Shown here piece after piece: positions 1-9,715 of a stretch of DNA of 64,000 bases (position 1 is the stretch's first letter; each line of letters starts with the position of its first letter). The translations under genes and the position numbers were made by a program. Source of the stretch: Bacteroidota bacterium (lineage in GTDB: Bacteria; Bacteroidota; Ignavibacteria; 0-14-0-80-59-12); NCBI GenBank assembly GCA_049973045.1, contig JBMFJZ010000001.1, positions 473,363 through 537,362 on the forward strand, written 5' to 3'. The notes below the pieces were generated by a model. It was not told the DNA's origin. It saw nothing but the letters and a program-made list of their open reading frames with translations, and searched no databases.

Positions 1-35
1 GGAAAATCGCGTCGGATCTCGTCGGCATCGAGCAT
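1..35 (-). CDS. sufS: Cysteine desulfurase SufS, N-terminal fragment (gene continues beyond window start)
   Basis: Reverse strand ATG at 35..33 translates M-L-D-A-D-E-I-R-R-D-F-P, the classic SufS N-terminus (IRxDFP), directly downstream of sufD in the same orientation. Confidence 0.45.
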   Translation of the reverse strand, partial: MLDADEIRRDF

Positions 36-78
36 GAAAAACACTCCCGCAATATGGTAACGAATTTAAGTGAAGAGA

Positions 79-1380
79 TCATTTCATCTGCTGTTCAATG
101 TACTGCTGAACCCATTCCCGCACGTATTCCAGGGGAATATGTTGCAAAACTTGATTGAAAAATCCAAGCACAAGGAGTCGCTCCGCAAGGCGCCGATCAA
201 TTCCACGCCCCATCAAGTAGAAAAGCTGGTCACGATCAATAGGTCCTACTGTCGCACCATGCGTACATCGGACATCATTAGCTTCAATTTCCAGTGTCGG
301 AAGAGAATTAGCTCTCGCCTGATTGCTGAGAAGGAGATTCCGATTTGCTTGATAGGCATCCGTCCCTTGAGCCCCGGGATTCACACGGATGAGACCATGA
401 AATACAGAGTGTGCCTTGTCCTTTAATGCTCCCTTGTAAAGGAGGTCACTCTTTGCATGTGCAGCTTCATGCAGTTGCAACGTATCGTACTCAAGGTGCT
501 GCCCATCTCTGCCGAAATATATACCCATGAGTTGTGCATTTGCACCAGGTTCACGCAATACGACCTCAACACCGACTCGAGATACTTTTGTTCCCAAGCC
601 AATCTCTCCCCAGAGGATCTGACTATCTCTGGAAAGGATCGCACGTTTTAGGGTGAAGTTCCACGACATCGAACCATAATCCTGCACAGAAAGGTAATTA
701 ATACGGGATGAAGGCTTGGCAAAGATCTCGACGACGCCGGAAACAAAAGCCGGAGCCTCCCCATTTAACGCCGTCGAATGGTCTACCAGTGTAATGGAAC
801 TCCCCTCATCGACAACAACCAAGAGGTGTGGGAACAGAGCACCCCGGTTCTCATCAGCTATGAGAGAAAACTGGAGTGGTTGCGCAACCTCTGTGTGAGG
901 TGGAATGTATAAGAACATCCCCCCGCTCCAAAGTGCACCATTCATTGCAACGAACTTGTTCTCGGTAAACTTCGCTCCATCTGTGAAGAAATATCGCTTG
1001 ACCATCTCAGGAAATTCAATGGCAGCTCGTTCCAGGCTGGTAAAAACAACACCCTTATTGGTCAGCGATTCGTCCATAATTACTTCAAGATGAGATGAGT
1101 TCAACTGAAGCAAGTTACCCGCAACGGGTGCTCCACGAAGGAAAAGATGGTCGAGGGATTGAACATCCGGTTTAGATTTCTCAAGAGGAGGAAGAATATG
1201 GAGCTCATCAAGGCGAACAGCGGAGAAATCAATGCCACGCCAGCTGGGATATGAGGAACTTTCATAAATCGACCATGCCAGCAGCCGCATTTTCCGAAGC
1301 CATTCAGGCTCACTTTTTATTCGTGATAGTTCTTCAACTGCTTCACGACTGAATCCTTGGTTGATCAATAACTCTTGCAT
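79..1380 (-). CDS. sufD: Fe-S cluster assembly protein SufD
   Basis: 457-aa ORF with SufD-like sequence downstream of sufB/sufC. The ORF-track start at 1452 is TTG and overlaps sufB; the ATG at 1380 (MQELLINQ...) has a GAGAAGGG RBS. Confidence 0.8.
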   Translation of the reverse strand: MQELLINQGFSREAVEELSRIKSEPEWLRKMRLLAWSIYESSSYPSWRGIDFSAVRLDELHILPPLEKSKPDVQSLDHLFLRGAPVAGNLLQLNSSHLEVIMDESLTNKGVVFTSLERAAIEFPEMVKRYFFTDGAKFTENKFVAMNGALWSGGMFLYIPPHTEVAQPLQFSLIADENRGALFPHLLVVVDEGSSITLVDHSTALNGEAPAFVSGVVEIFAKPSSRINYLSVQDYGSMSWNFTLKRAILSRDSQILWGEIGLGTKVSRVGVEVVLREPGANAQLMGIYFGRDGQHLEYDTLQLHEAAHAKSDLLYKGALKDKAHSVFHGLIRVNPGAQGTDAYQANRNLLLSNQARANSLPTLEIEANDVRCTHGATVGPIDRDQLFYLMGRGIDRRLAERLLVLGFFNQVLQHIPLEYVREWVQQYIEQQMK

Positions 1381-1420
1381 GCGCCCTTCTCGTTTAAACT
1401 GAGACCCTGCTTTCGAACTT

Positions 1421-2830
1421 TTAGCCGACAGATTCGTCCATCTCAAGCTCAATCAATCGATTCAGCTCAATGGCGTACTGCATAGGCAACTGCTTCACAA
1501 TAGGTTCAATAAACCCACTGACGATGAGCGCTGTGGCTTCATCCTCTTTGAGACCACGACTTGTGAGGTAAAATAATTGCTCCTCGCCAATTTTGCTCAC
1601 CGTGGCTTCATGACCAATTTCAACTTCGTCCTCATCAACCTGAATGACCGGGTAGGTATCGCTACGAGCCTTCTCATCAAGCAAAAGCGCATCGCAGCGA
1701 ACGTTCGCCTTCACATGATGTGCGCCTTTTCCAACCTTCAGTAGACCACGGTAGCTTGATCGTCCCGTCCCCTTGCTAATCGATTTTGAGACGATACGGG
1801 AAGATGTATATGGAGCCAAATGAACTGCCTTCCCTCCAGCATCCTGATGTTGGCCATCACCTGCATATGCAATGGAAAGTACTTCACCGTGCGCTCCTTT
1901 CTCCATAAGAAAAACTGCAGGATATTTCATAGTCACTTTGCTGCCGAGATTCCCATCGACCCACTCCATTGTGCCATCTTTATAAACAAACGCGCGCTGT
2001 GTAACAAGGTTGTAAACATTATCGGACCAGTTCTGGATGGTCGTGTATCGAACACGTGCCCCTTCTTTTACAATGATTTCAATGACTCCGGTGTGAAGAG
2101 CATCGACAGCATAGACAGGGGCTGTGCACCCTTCGACATAGCTCACAAAACTTCCAGGTTCAGCTATGATCAATGTGCGTTCGAATTGTCCTGCGCTCTC
2201 TGAATTAATTCGGAAATAAGCTTGCAACGGCACCTCTACATGGACTCCTGCCGGGATATAAACGAATGAACCTCCACTCCACATTGCTCCATTGAGCGCT
2301 GCAAATTTATTGTCGCCTGGCGGAACGACGGTTCCTATGTACTGGCGCACGATGTCGGGGTACTTCTGAACGGCTTCGTCTGTGCTGCAGAAAATAACCC
2401 CCTGCTTTTCCCAGATACCCTTCAAACTCGAATAAACGCTCTCAGAGTCATACTGTGCCTCAACACCAGCAAGAAACTTTCGCTCAGCTTCCGGAATCCC
2501 GAGTTTCTCGAACGTCTGCTTTATTTTCTCAGGGACCTCATCCCAGCTTCTTCCCTTCCGTTCAGCAGGTCTGATATAGTAGTAAATCTCATCGAAATTG
2601 AGACCTGAAAGATCAGCTCCCCAGTTTGGCATCGGCTTCTTTTCAAAGATGCCCAGCGACCGAAGGCGGAAGTTACGCATCCAATCTGGCTCATTTTTTA
2701 TTGCAGAGATTTCTTCAACAATTCTGGCTGACAATCCCTTCTTTGTGCGGTACACATATGTTCCCGGGTCATAGAAACCATACTGTTCTCTATAGGTTTC
2801 TTTCCGATTCAAATCAAATGTATTTGCCAT
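1421..2830 (-). CDS. sufB: Fe-S cluster assembly protein SufB
   Basis: Highly conserved SufB sequence. ATG at 2830 (MANTFDL...) preceded by an AGGAG RBS; the longer ORF to 2893 lacks this support. Confidence 0.9.
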   Translation of the reverse strand: MANTFDLNRKETYREQYGFYDPGTYVYRTKKGLSARIVEEISAIKNEPDWMRNFRLRSLGIFEKKPMPNWGADLSGLNFDEIYYYIRPAERKGRSWDEVPEKIKQTFEKLGIPEAERKFLAGVEAQYDSESVYSSLKGIWEKQGVIFCSTDEAVQKYPDIVRQYIGTVVPPGDNKFAALNGAMWSGGSFVYIPAGVHVEVPLQAYFRINSESAGQFERTLIIAEPGSFVSYVEGCTAPVYAVDALHTGVIEIIVKEGARVRYTTIQNWSDNVYNLVTQRAFVYKDGTMEWVDGNLGSKVTMKYPAVFLMEKGAHGEVLSIAYAGDGQHQDAGGKAVHLAPYTSSRIVSKSISKGTGRSSYRGLLKVGKGAHHVKANVRCDALLLDEKARSDTYPVIQVDEDEVEIGHEATVSKIGEEQLFYLTSRGLKEDEATALIVSGFIEPIVKQLPMQYAIELNRLIELEMDESVG

Positions 2831-2858
2831 GGTTGTATCTCCTAATTCATAAGAAAAA

Positions 2859-3665
2859 TTAGATTCCTCTATCCTGCAGAGCAGCCGTTTCACCTAATTG
2901 ATCCTTCAGCCAATCGTAACCATGTTCCTCAAGATGCTCTGCAAGATCAGGACCTCCTGAAAGAGCGATCCTCCCATCCACAAGCACGTGTACAAAATGT
3001 GGCTGGATGTAGCGGAGAATCCTCTGATAATGTGTGATTACCAACACTCCTACGTTTGCATTGAATAGCGCATTCACACCCTCCGAGACAATCCGAAGCG
3101 CATCTATGTCTAATCCGGAATCTGTCTCATCAAGAATCGCAATTGATGGCTCCAGCATAGCCATCTGTAGAATCTCAGCACGCTTTTTCTCACCACCAGA
3201 AAATCCATCGTTCACATACCTCCGCGCAAACGACGAATCCATCTGCAAAAGCTTCATCTTTTCTTCAAGACGTTTGTAGAACTCAATAGCCGACATCTCC
3301 TTTACGGGTTGACCTGAGCGCGCGCCCTGTTTCTTTCGCACTGAATTGATCGCTGTGCGCAAGAAGTTTGCAAGAGTGACACCTGGTACCTCCACTGGGT
3401 ACTGAAAGGCAAGAAACAAGCCAAGTGCAGCACGATCATCGGGCGAGAGCCCAAGAATATTCTCTCCGTCAAGAAGAATCTCGCCTTGCGTTACAGTGTA
3501 CCCCGGATGGCCAAGCAGAGTGTATGAGAGTGTGCTCTTACCTGACCCATTTGGCCCCATGATGGCATGAATCTCTCCAGTTGAAATTTTCAAGTTAATT
3601 CCTTTCAATATCTCGTGCCCTTCGACCTCAACGTGGAGATTTCTAACCTCTAATGTCTTTCCCAT
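2859..3665 (-). CDS. sufC: Fe-S cluster assembly ATPase SufC
   Basis: Walker A GPNGSGKST, ABC signature, SufC-like length 268 aa; directly upstream of sufB. Confidence 0.9.
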   Translation of the reverse strand: MGKTLEVRNLHVEVEGHEILKGINLKISTGEIHAIMGPNGSGKSTLSYTLLGHPGYTVTQGEILLDGENILGLSPDDRAALGLFLAFQYPVEVPGVTLANFLRTAINSVRKKQGARSGQPVKEMSAIEFYKRLEEKMKLLQMDSSFARRYVNDGFSGGEKKRAEILQMAMLEPSIAILDETDSGLDIDALRIVSEGVNALFNANVGVLVITHYQRILRYIQPHFVHVLVDGRIALSGGPDLAEHLEEHGYDWLKDQLGETAALQDRGI

Positions 3666-3758
3666 AATTTTTCTCTTTCCTACATCTGATCCTGCAATGA
3701 TCTACTGGTGGAGCACCAGCCTCATCGCAAAAGGATGAAGCAGGTGCTCCTGCGGCAT

Positions 3759-4388
3759 TTATTTCTTCACATACCGCTTATAGCGTTCATTGATTCTACC
3801 CCAGTGCAAATTAGCGATGAAGTTATCTATGTACTTCGCGCGGGCTGGTCCGTCCTTGTGGTAGTATGCGTGCTCAAACACATCAAGTGCAATCAACGGA
3901 ATTCCACCCCATATTGCACCATAAGCGTGTTCATCTACAAGGACGTTGAGAAGCCTCTGCGAATAGAGAGCATCGTAGACGAGCAACCCCCAGCCACTCA
4001 ACTTCGCTGAAATCGCCGTTGCCCGAAAATCGGCTTTCCATGCATCGAACGAACCGAACTCTTTCTCAAGAGCTTTGATAACGTCCGGCCCTTTTGATGG
4101 ATCTCCGTCGCCTCCCATTACTTCCCAGTAGACATCATGCAAAAGCGCTCCTGAGTGATTCCAGGTAAACCGACGTTTCAGCTCCCCAATCTCACTGTAA
4201 TTTCCATTGGCTTTTGAGCGGTCAGCTGTCTCAAGACCTTGCTCAATCGTGTTAAGAGCTGTCACATATCCCTTATGGTGGGTATTATAGTGCCAGTCCG
4301 CTGTCTCAGGAGAGATAACGTTCTTCAACAGCTCCTTGGCTTCCGCATCAGAGTACGGGCGTGGATTAAATTTCCATTCGTAAGGCAT
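3759..4388 (-). CDS. sodA: Fe/Mn superoxide dismutase
   Basis: 209 aa with DVFEHAYY metal-binding motif and N-terminal HH..HH pattern of the Fe/Mn SOD family. Confidence 0.9.
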   Translation of the reverse strand: MPYEWKFNPRPYSDAEAKELLKNVISPETADWHYNTHHKGYVTALNTIEQGLETADRSKANGNYSEIGELKRRFTWNHSGALLHDVYWEVMGGDGDPSKGPDVIKALEKEFGSFDAWKADFRATAISAKLSGWGLLVYDALYSQRLLNVLVDEHAYGAIWGGIPLIALDVFEHAYYHKDGPARAKYIDNFIANLHWGRINERYKRYVKK

Positions 4389-4502
4389 AACTATCCTCCT
4401 TATTTTTGATGGTTAACAGTACAGTTTGACCATAGAAAAACGACTTTCCACATCCATAGCACTTCATAACTACCGAGATCCACTTACAGGATGCACAGGG
4501 AT

Positions 4503-4802
4503 TTATCTCTCCTGAACCTTCTCCCGCCGAGTCGCTCGAAATTCAGGATAGTCTAACAACCACCCCTGCTGATTTACCTGGCGAAGAATTCCTCTCTTTT
4601 CAAATTCCCTTATGACTTCGCGAGCGATCTCCTCTGCTTTAGTCAACCTAACCTTTATCCCGCGCTCGTGCAAATACCCCATTACTCCGTACTGCAAGTC
4701 TCTGAAAAAGATATTCGACCTATCAAACAATGGATACTTTGACCTCAGGAAACGCAAGAACTCACCATCATTCTGAATGATAATGTGAACCGGGCTTGTC
4801 AT
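4503..4802 (-). CDS. Hypothetical protein (99 aa), co-oriented between the Rrf2 regulator and sod
   Basis: ATG start, 9-bp gap after the upstream gene; no recognisable motif. Confidence 0.5.
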   Translation of the reverse strand: MTSPVHIIIQNDGEFLRFLRSKYPLFDRSNIFFRDLQYGVMGYLHERGIKVRLTKAEEIAREVIREFEKRGILRQVNQQGWLLDYPEFRATRREKVQER

Positions 4803-4811
4803 AGAACGACC

Positions 4812-5213
4812 TCACACGATTTCCGAAAGGGTCATATCTGAAAGAATTCGATCAAGGTTGCTTTGAATCTTATGGAGAGGCGATTTAATTGTGCAAGTAT
4901 CAGAGATTGGACAATCTTCATCAGTCTGTGCAATGCACTCTGCTACAACCTGGCGACCTTCAATAGCACGAACAATTAGAGACAGCGGAATTTGCGCTGG
5001 ACTCTTTGCTAACAGATAACCCCCCTTTACACCATGATGCGCCACAATCAATCCACTCTTCGCTAAACTCTGGAGTATCTTCGCAAGCAACTCATACGGT
5101 ATACGATACTTCGCTGCGATCTCTCTCGCAGTGGTTACCGAACCTACCGGTTGCATAGCGATATGCCTGATTGCGATTAGTCCGTATTCTACTTTCTTCG
5201 ATAACCGGAGCAT
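4812..5213 (-). CDS. iscR: Rrf2-family transcriptional regulator (IscR/SufR-like, three-Cys cluster ligands)
   Basis: N-terminus MLRLSKKVEYGLIA typical of the Rrf2 HTH; C-terminal C-x7-C-x5-C (AECIAQTDEDCPISDTC). Start placed at the ATG at 5213 rather than the ORF-track start. Confidence 0.75.
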   Translation of the reverse strand: MLRLSKKVEYGLIAIRHIAMQPVGSVTTAREIAAKYRIPYELLAKILQSLAKSGLIVAHHGVKGGYLLAKSPAQIPLSLIVRAIEGRQVVAECIAQTDEDCPISDTCTIKSPLHKIQSNLDRILSDMTLSEIV

Positions 5214-5533
5214 CAAAATGCGACCTAGAAAGTCGTGTTTCTTGCCAAAAATAAAAGGCTTAACTTCAACCTCAAATGTATTAACACACATGCATCCACA
5301 AGAGTTCCACACTTTGAAATTATAAAAAACTTTGAGCGAAAGCAAACTTCCCACTCGAGGGTCGACGGGACAGAAGCCTTGCATCGGAAATGCGTTTCTT
5401 CGTGAACCTGTAAACCAGATCGAACTACCCGCGACAAAATCTCCTTGAATCTCACAATGGCGTTCAGTATCTTACTTTTGTGCGTTTTGAGTCTTGAAAG
5501 ATTGCACTGTGTTAACATAGAAGAAAAGCAAAT

Positions 5534-6481
5534 ATGAAAGCTGAAAATATTCGCATAGAAGATCTCCTTCCTGGTATTCAACAAATAGGGCGTGAATCGG
5601 ATCGCATCGATAAAGTTGCCGTCGTCGGATTTGGTGTTATGGGACAAGGGATCGCCCAAACCATAGCCGCAGTTGGCATTGAAGTCCTCGCTGTAGAGAA
5701 AGATGAGGAATCTCTTGAGCGTAACCAGCTAAGCATTGAGGAGAAGCTTGATTACGAAATTCAGAGGTGGGCACTTACTCAGAGCGAAAAGAAAGCGATC
5801 CTTGCTCGCATCCATGGCTCAACAGATTTAGACGACTGCAAGGACTATGACCTTGTCATCGAAGCAGTTGATGAGGACTTTCAACTAAAGAAGTCGATTT
5901 TCCAAAAGCTCGATAAAATTTGTCCTCCGGGAACAATTATCGTTTCAAACACATCAACGCTCAGTCTAACAAAAATAGCCAACGCCACTAATCGTCCCGA
6001 CCGCATAATCGGAATGCACTTTCTTAATCCAGTACCCAAAGTCCCGTTGGTTGAAATTGTGCGTGCCCTTAAGACATCGGATAACACCTTCACGACCGTT
6101 AAGAAATTTGCGGAGCGACTTGGGAAAACCGTTGTTGAAGTCTATGAGTATCCAGGCTTTGTTACAACGCGTGTTATAGTCCCAATGATTAATGAAGCCA
6201 TTCATGTGCTGATGGAAGGAGTTGCAACAGCGGATGGAATCGATACAGCCATGCGGTTGGGCTATAATATGCCTTATGGACCGCTGGAGCTTGCTGACAC
6301 GATGGGACTTGACGAACTTCTTGCGTGGATGGAAACACTTTTCCACGAACTCGGAGATCTGAAGTACCGCCCCTGTCCACTTCTACGCCGTCTTGTTCGT
6401 GAGGGACACCTTGGGAAAAAGACAGGACAGGGATTCTTCCGATATGATGAAAATGGCAATCGCCTTGAGCTAAGTCCGTAG
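5534..6481 (+). CDS. hbd: 3-hydroxyacyl-CoA / 3-hydroxybutyryl-CoA dehydrogenase
   Basis: Rossmann motif VGFGVMGQG plus a 3HCDH C-terminal domain; carries a roughly 25-aa N-terminal extension. Confidence 0.85.
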   Translation: MKAENIRIEDLLPGIQQIGRESDRIDKVAVVGFGVMGQGIAQTIAAVGIEVLAVEKDEESLERNQLSIEEKLDYEIQRWALTQSEKKAILARIHGSTDLDDCKDYDLVIEAVDEDFQLKKSIFQKLDKICPPGTIIVSNTSTLSLTKIANATNRPDRIIGMHFLNPVPKVPLVEIVRALKTSDNTFTTVKKFAERLGKTVVEVYEYPGFVTTRVIVPMINEAIHVLMEGVATADGIDTAMRLGYNMPYGPLELADTMGLDELLAWMETLFHELGDLKYRPCPLLRRLVREGHLGKKTGQGFFRYDENGNRLELSP

Positions 6482-6509
6482 AATCATAACCACATTCGAC
6501 AGTGAAACT

Positions 6510-7757
6510 ATGAAAATACTCGTCCTTAATTCTGGAAGTTCATCCATCAAGTACCAGTTCATCGATGTTGAAACAGAGACCGTTCTCACAAAAGGGATCG
6601 TCGACAGAATTGGGATGTCCGAAGCTGTCTTGACGAACAAACGACTTGACGGAGACGAAATCAAAATCAGTGGCGACATTCTCGACCACGTTATGGCGAT
6701 CGAGTACATCCTTGCCGTTCTCCTGAGTCGAACCCATGGCGTCATTAAAGACAAATCGGAAATTGACGCTATCGGGCACCGAGTAGTGCATGGAGGTGAA
6801 ACGTTTACAGATTCGGTGCTGATCACCGATGAAGTGATCAAGGAAATACGCGAAAATATTGAATTAGCACCGCTCCATAATCCCCATAATTTGCGCGGAA
6901 TTCAAGCATGCAAGATTCACTTACCTGATACACCTCAGGTCGCCGTATTCGACACCGCATTCCACCAGAAGATGCCTCCCCGTGCCTATTTCTACGGTAT
7001 CCCCTATGTGCTCTATAAGCAGCACAAAATTCGGCGCTACGGTTTCCACGGAACTTCGCATTATTATGTTTCGAGGCGAGCGTATAAGATCCTTGGGGTC
7101 AAGAAAGACGAAATTAAGCTTATTACCGCGCACCTCGGCAACGGGTGCAGCATGGCGGCTGTAGACCGTGGCGTGTCCATCGATACAACTATGGGGTTCA
7201 CACCTCTTGAGGGTCTCCTTATGGGAACGCGTTCTGGAGACATGGACCCTTCCATTATCCTGTACATTATGGGAAAGGAAGGGCTGGCACTTTCTGAGGC
7301 GGGCACCCTGTTGAATAAACACAGTGGACTTCTGGGGATTTCCGGAATAAGCAGCGATATGAGAGAGATCATCGCCGAAATGAAGGAAGGGAACAAACGA
7401 GCTCAACTCGCATTTGATGTCTTTGCTTACAGAGTGAAAAAATACATCGGAGCTTATGCAGCCGCAATGGGAGGGTTAGACGCAATCGTCTTTACCGGTG
7501 GCATTGGAGAAAACAGCCCCGAGGTTCGTGAGGCAGCATGCGCAGATCTGCGGTTTCTCGGCATTGAAATCGATCAAAAGAAAAATTATTCGCCGGACCG
7601 AGAGAAAATTATTTCAACCGATGACTCGCCTGTCAAAGTGCTCGTGATTCCAACAAATGAAGAACTTGTCATCGCTATCGACACAGCGAAAATCGTGCGG
7701 CAAATGGTGAGTGCAAGCGCAGCCCACGCTCAGTTAGTGACCACCAAATCTCCATGA
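6510..7757 (+). CDS. ackA: Acetate kinase
   Basis: N-terminus MKILVLNSGSSSIKYQ and overall acetate/propionate kinase family sequence. Confidence 0.9.
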   Translation: MKILVLNSGSSSIKYQFIDVETETVLTKGIVDRIGMSEAVLTNKRLDGDEIKISGDILDHVMAIEYILAVLLSRTHGVIKDKSEIDAIGHRVVHGGETFTDSVLITDEVIKEIRENIELAPLHNPHNLRGIQACKIHLPDTPQVAVFDTAFHQKMPPRAYFYGIPYVLYKQHKIRRYGFHGTSHYYVSRRAYKILGVKKDEIKLITAHLGNGCSMAAVDRGVSIDTTMGFTPLEGLLMGTRSGDMDPSIILYIMGKEGLALSEAGTLLNKHSGLLGISGISSDMREIIAEMKEGNKRAQLAFDVFAYRVKKYIGAYAAAMGGLDAIVFTGGIGENSPEVREAACADLRFLGIEIDQKKNYSPDREKIISTDDSPVKVLVIPTNEELVIAIDTAKIVRQMVSASAAHAQLVTTKSP

Positions 7758-7812
7758 AGATCTCTCTTTGCTGACCGCACTCTTGTGTAATATCAGGTTT
7801 TGCCTGGTAGCA

Positions 7813-8424
7813 TTAAGATACGAGCCTGATGGAAATATTTCCCGCTGTTGCATCTATGATTGAATGATAAAAGGCATCAGCCGCTGATTTTCTAATTGAA
7901 ATTGTAAGTGTAACATCTTCCGCATAGGCAGCATCTTCAATGAGTGCATGCCACCGCTCAACGATATGCATGACCGAACCAACGCGCTCATAGGGAAAAG
8001 TTAGTACCAATCGCTCCATAAGGTACCGCTCAGCGACGCCACCGGCATCGAGCACAGCAAGTGTTGCATCCCGATACGCTCTGCTCAATCCACCGATGCC
8101 AAGTTTCGTACCGCCAAAATACCGAGTGACGACAACAGCTACATTGCTCAATCCTCTGCTTTCGATAGCCGAAAGAATCTTTTGACCTCCGGTACCGGTG
8201 GGCTCACCATCGTCGCCCGTGCGAATCTCCTTCTTTGGATACCCAACTATGTAGGCAAAGCAATTGTGCGTTGCATCACGGAATTCCCGCCGGATCTTTT
8301 CAATAAAATCCTCAGCTTCGATACGTGTTCTCACAGGAAGTGCAGATGCAATGAAACGTGATCCTTTGATTTTGAGTTCCTTCCTTGAGAATCTTGCAAT
8401 AGTAATGTAGGAATCGTTTTCCAT
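7813..8424 (-). CDS. yigZ: YigZ/IMPACT family protein (UPF0029)
   Basis: GEPxGTGG motif and 203-aa length typical of the family. Confidence 0.8.
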   Translation of the reverse strand: MENDSYITIARFSRKELKIKGSRFIASALPVRTRIEAEDFIEKIRREFRDATHNCFAYIVGYPKKEIRTGDDGEPTGTGGQKILSAIESRGLSNVAVVVTRYFGGTKLGIGGLSRAYRDATLAVLDAGGVAERYLMERLVLTFPYERVGSVMHIVERWHALIEDAAYAEDVTLTISIRKSAADAFYHSIIDATAGNISIRLVS

Positions 8425-8521
8425 GTCATCTAATTCCCTGTTGCAGTAACGAAAAGATCAGGGGAAATTGCCCACTACGGAATCACTCATTGCGGAACTC
8501 ATCAAGGAGAAGTAAATTAAA

Positions 8522-9676
8522 ATGTTATTGAGGGAACCATCAAGCATGACAATCGGGATTACGTGTTATCCAACGTACGGAGGAAGTGGCGTTATCGCTA
8601 CTGAGCTCGGGAAAGCCCTTGCCAAAAGAGGGCATGAGATACACTTCATTTGTTACGCTATCCCAATGCGGCTCAACGAATTCAGCGAAAATATTTTCTA
8701 TCATGAAGTTGAAATCTCTCAATACCCTTTGTTTGAGTTCCCCCTCTACACGCCAGCTCTTGCCAGCAAGATGACGGATGTGGCGCTGTTCAAAAAACTG
8801 GACCTCCTCCATGTTCATTACGCTATTCCTCATGCCACCAGTGCTTATTTGGCTCGCGAGATCGTCGGACGTGATCAATTAAAAATCATAACAACACTGC
8901 ACGGAACTGACATCACACTTGTCGGTTTAGAACCAAGCTATCTGGCGGTGATGAAATTCAGCATTGAACAAAGCGATGGTGTCACAGCGGTCTCGCATTT
9001 CCTCCGCGAACAGACGCTCACTAATTACAATATTCACAAAGAGATAGAGGTGATTCCGAATTTTGTAGACTTTCATAAATATCGACGCATTGATAGTGAT
9101 TCATGCCGAGAATCTGTTGCACCCAATGGGGAAAAAGTGCTGATCCACGTCTCAAACTTCCGTCCCGTGAAGCGCGTGCCAGATGTCATCAAGATCTTTG
9201 AGATTGTTCATCGATCAATTCCATCGAGACTTCTGTTAGTTGGAGATGGACCCGAACGTTCATCATGTGAATTGCTCAGTTACGAGCTTGGTATCAACAA
9301 CGATGTTTTGTTTCTTGGCAAACAAGCTGATCTGGTAAGAATCTATTCTGCTTCCGATCTCATGCTCATGCCAAGTCAATCCGAAAGTTTCGGCTTAGCT
9401 GCTCTGGAGGCTATGGCATGCGAAGTCCCTGTTGTGTCTTCAAACGCTGGTGGTCTTCCCGAACTCGTAGTCCACGGAGTAACTGGATATATGAGTGAGG
9501 TTGGGAATATTGAGCAAATGGCACATCACGCTATTGAGCTGCTGACAAACGAGAAAAAGAGAAGAAAATTTGCTCGAGCTGCGCGCCAGCCCGCTGTAGA
9601 GCATTTCCCGGCAGGGAAAATTGTTGAACAATACGAAGCATATTATGAAAAGGTCTTGGGCAAATCAAACCATTAA
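8522..9676 (+). CDS. bshA: GT4 glycosyltransferase, BshA-like (N-acetyl-alpha-D-glucosaminyl L-malate synthase)
   Basis: N-terminus [33 protein letters not shown] closely resembles BshA; GT4 C-terminal domain. The start could also be 8546. Confidence 0.7.
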   Translation: MLLREPSSMTIGITCYPTYGGSGVIATELGKALAKRGHEIHFICYAIPMRLNEFSENIFYHEVEISQYPLFEFPLYTPALASKMTDVALFKKLDLLHVHYAIPHATSAYLAREIVGRDQLKIITTLHGTDITLVGLEPSYLAVMKFSIEQSDGVTAVSHFLREQTLTNYNIHKEIEVIPNFVDFHKYRRIDSDSCRESVAPNGEKVLIHVSNFRPVKRVPDVIKIFEIVHRSIPSRLLLVGDGPERSSCELLSYELGINNDVLFLGKQADLVRIYSASDLMLMPSQSESFGLAALEAMACEVPVVSSNAGGLPELVVHGVTGYMSEVGNIEQMAHHAIELLTNEKKRRKFARAARQPAVEHFPAGKIVEQYEAYYEKVLGKSNH

Positions 9677-9715
9677 CTGCACTGAGCAGGGCTCAATTGC
9701 ATGACGAATGGAAAA

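Noticed and set aside
1381-1452. Longer sufD start (TTG at 1452) and longer sufB start (2893)
   Set aside because: Downstream ATGs with good RBS and conserved N-termini are more plausible. The longer versions would overlap upstream genes.
6921-7406. 161-aa and 110-aa minus-strand ORFs inside ackA
   Set aside because: Antisense to acetate kinase, with no RBS or motifs.
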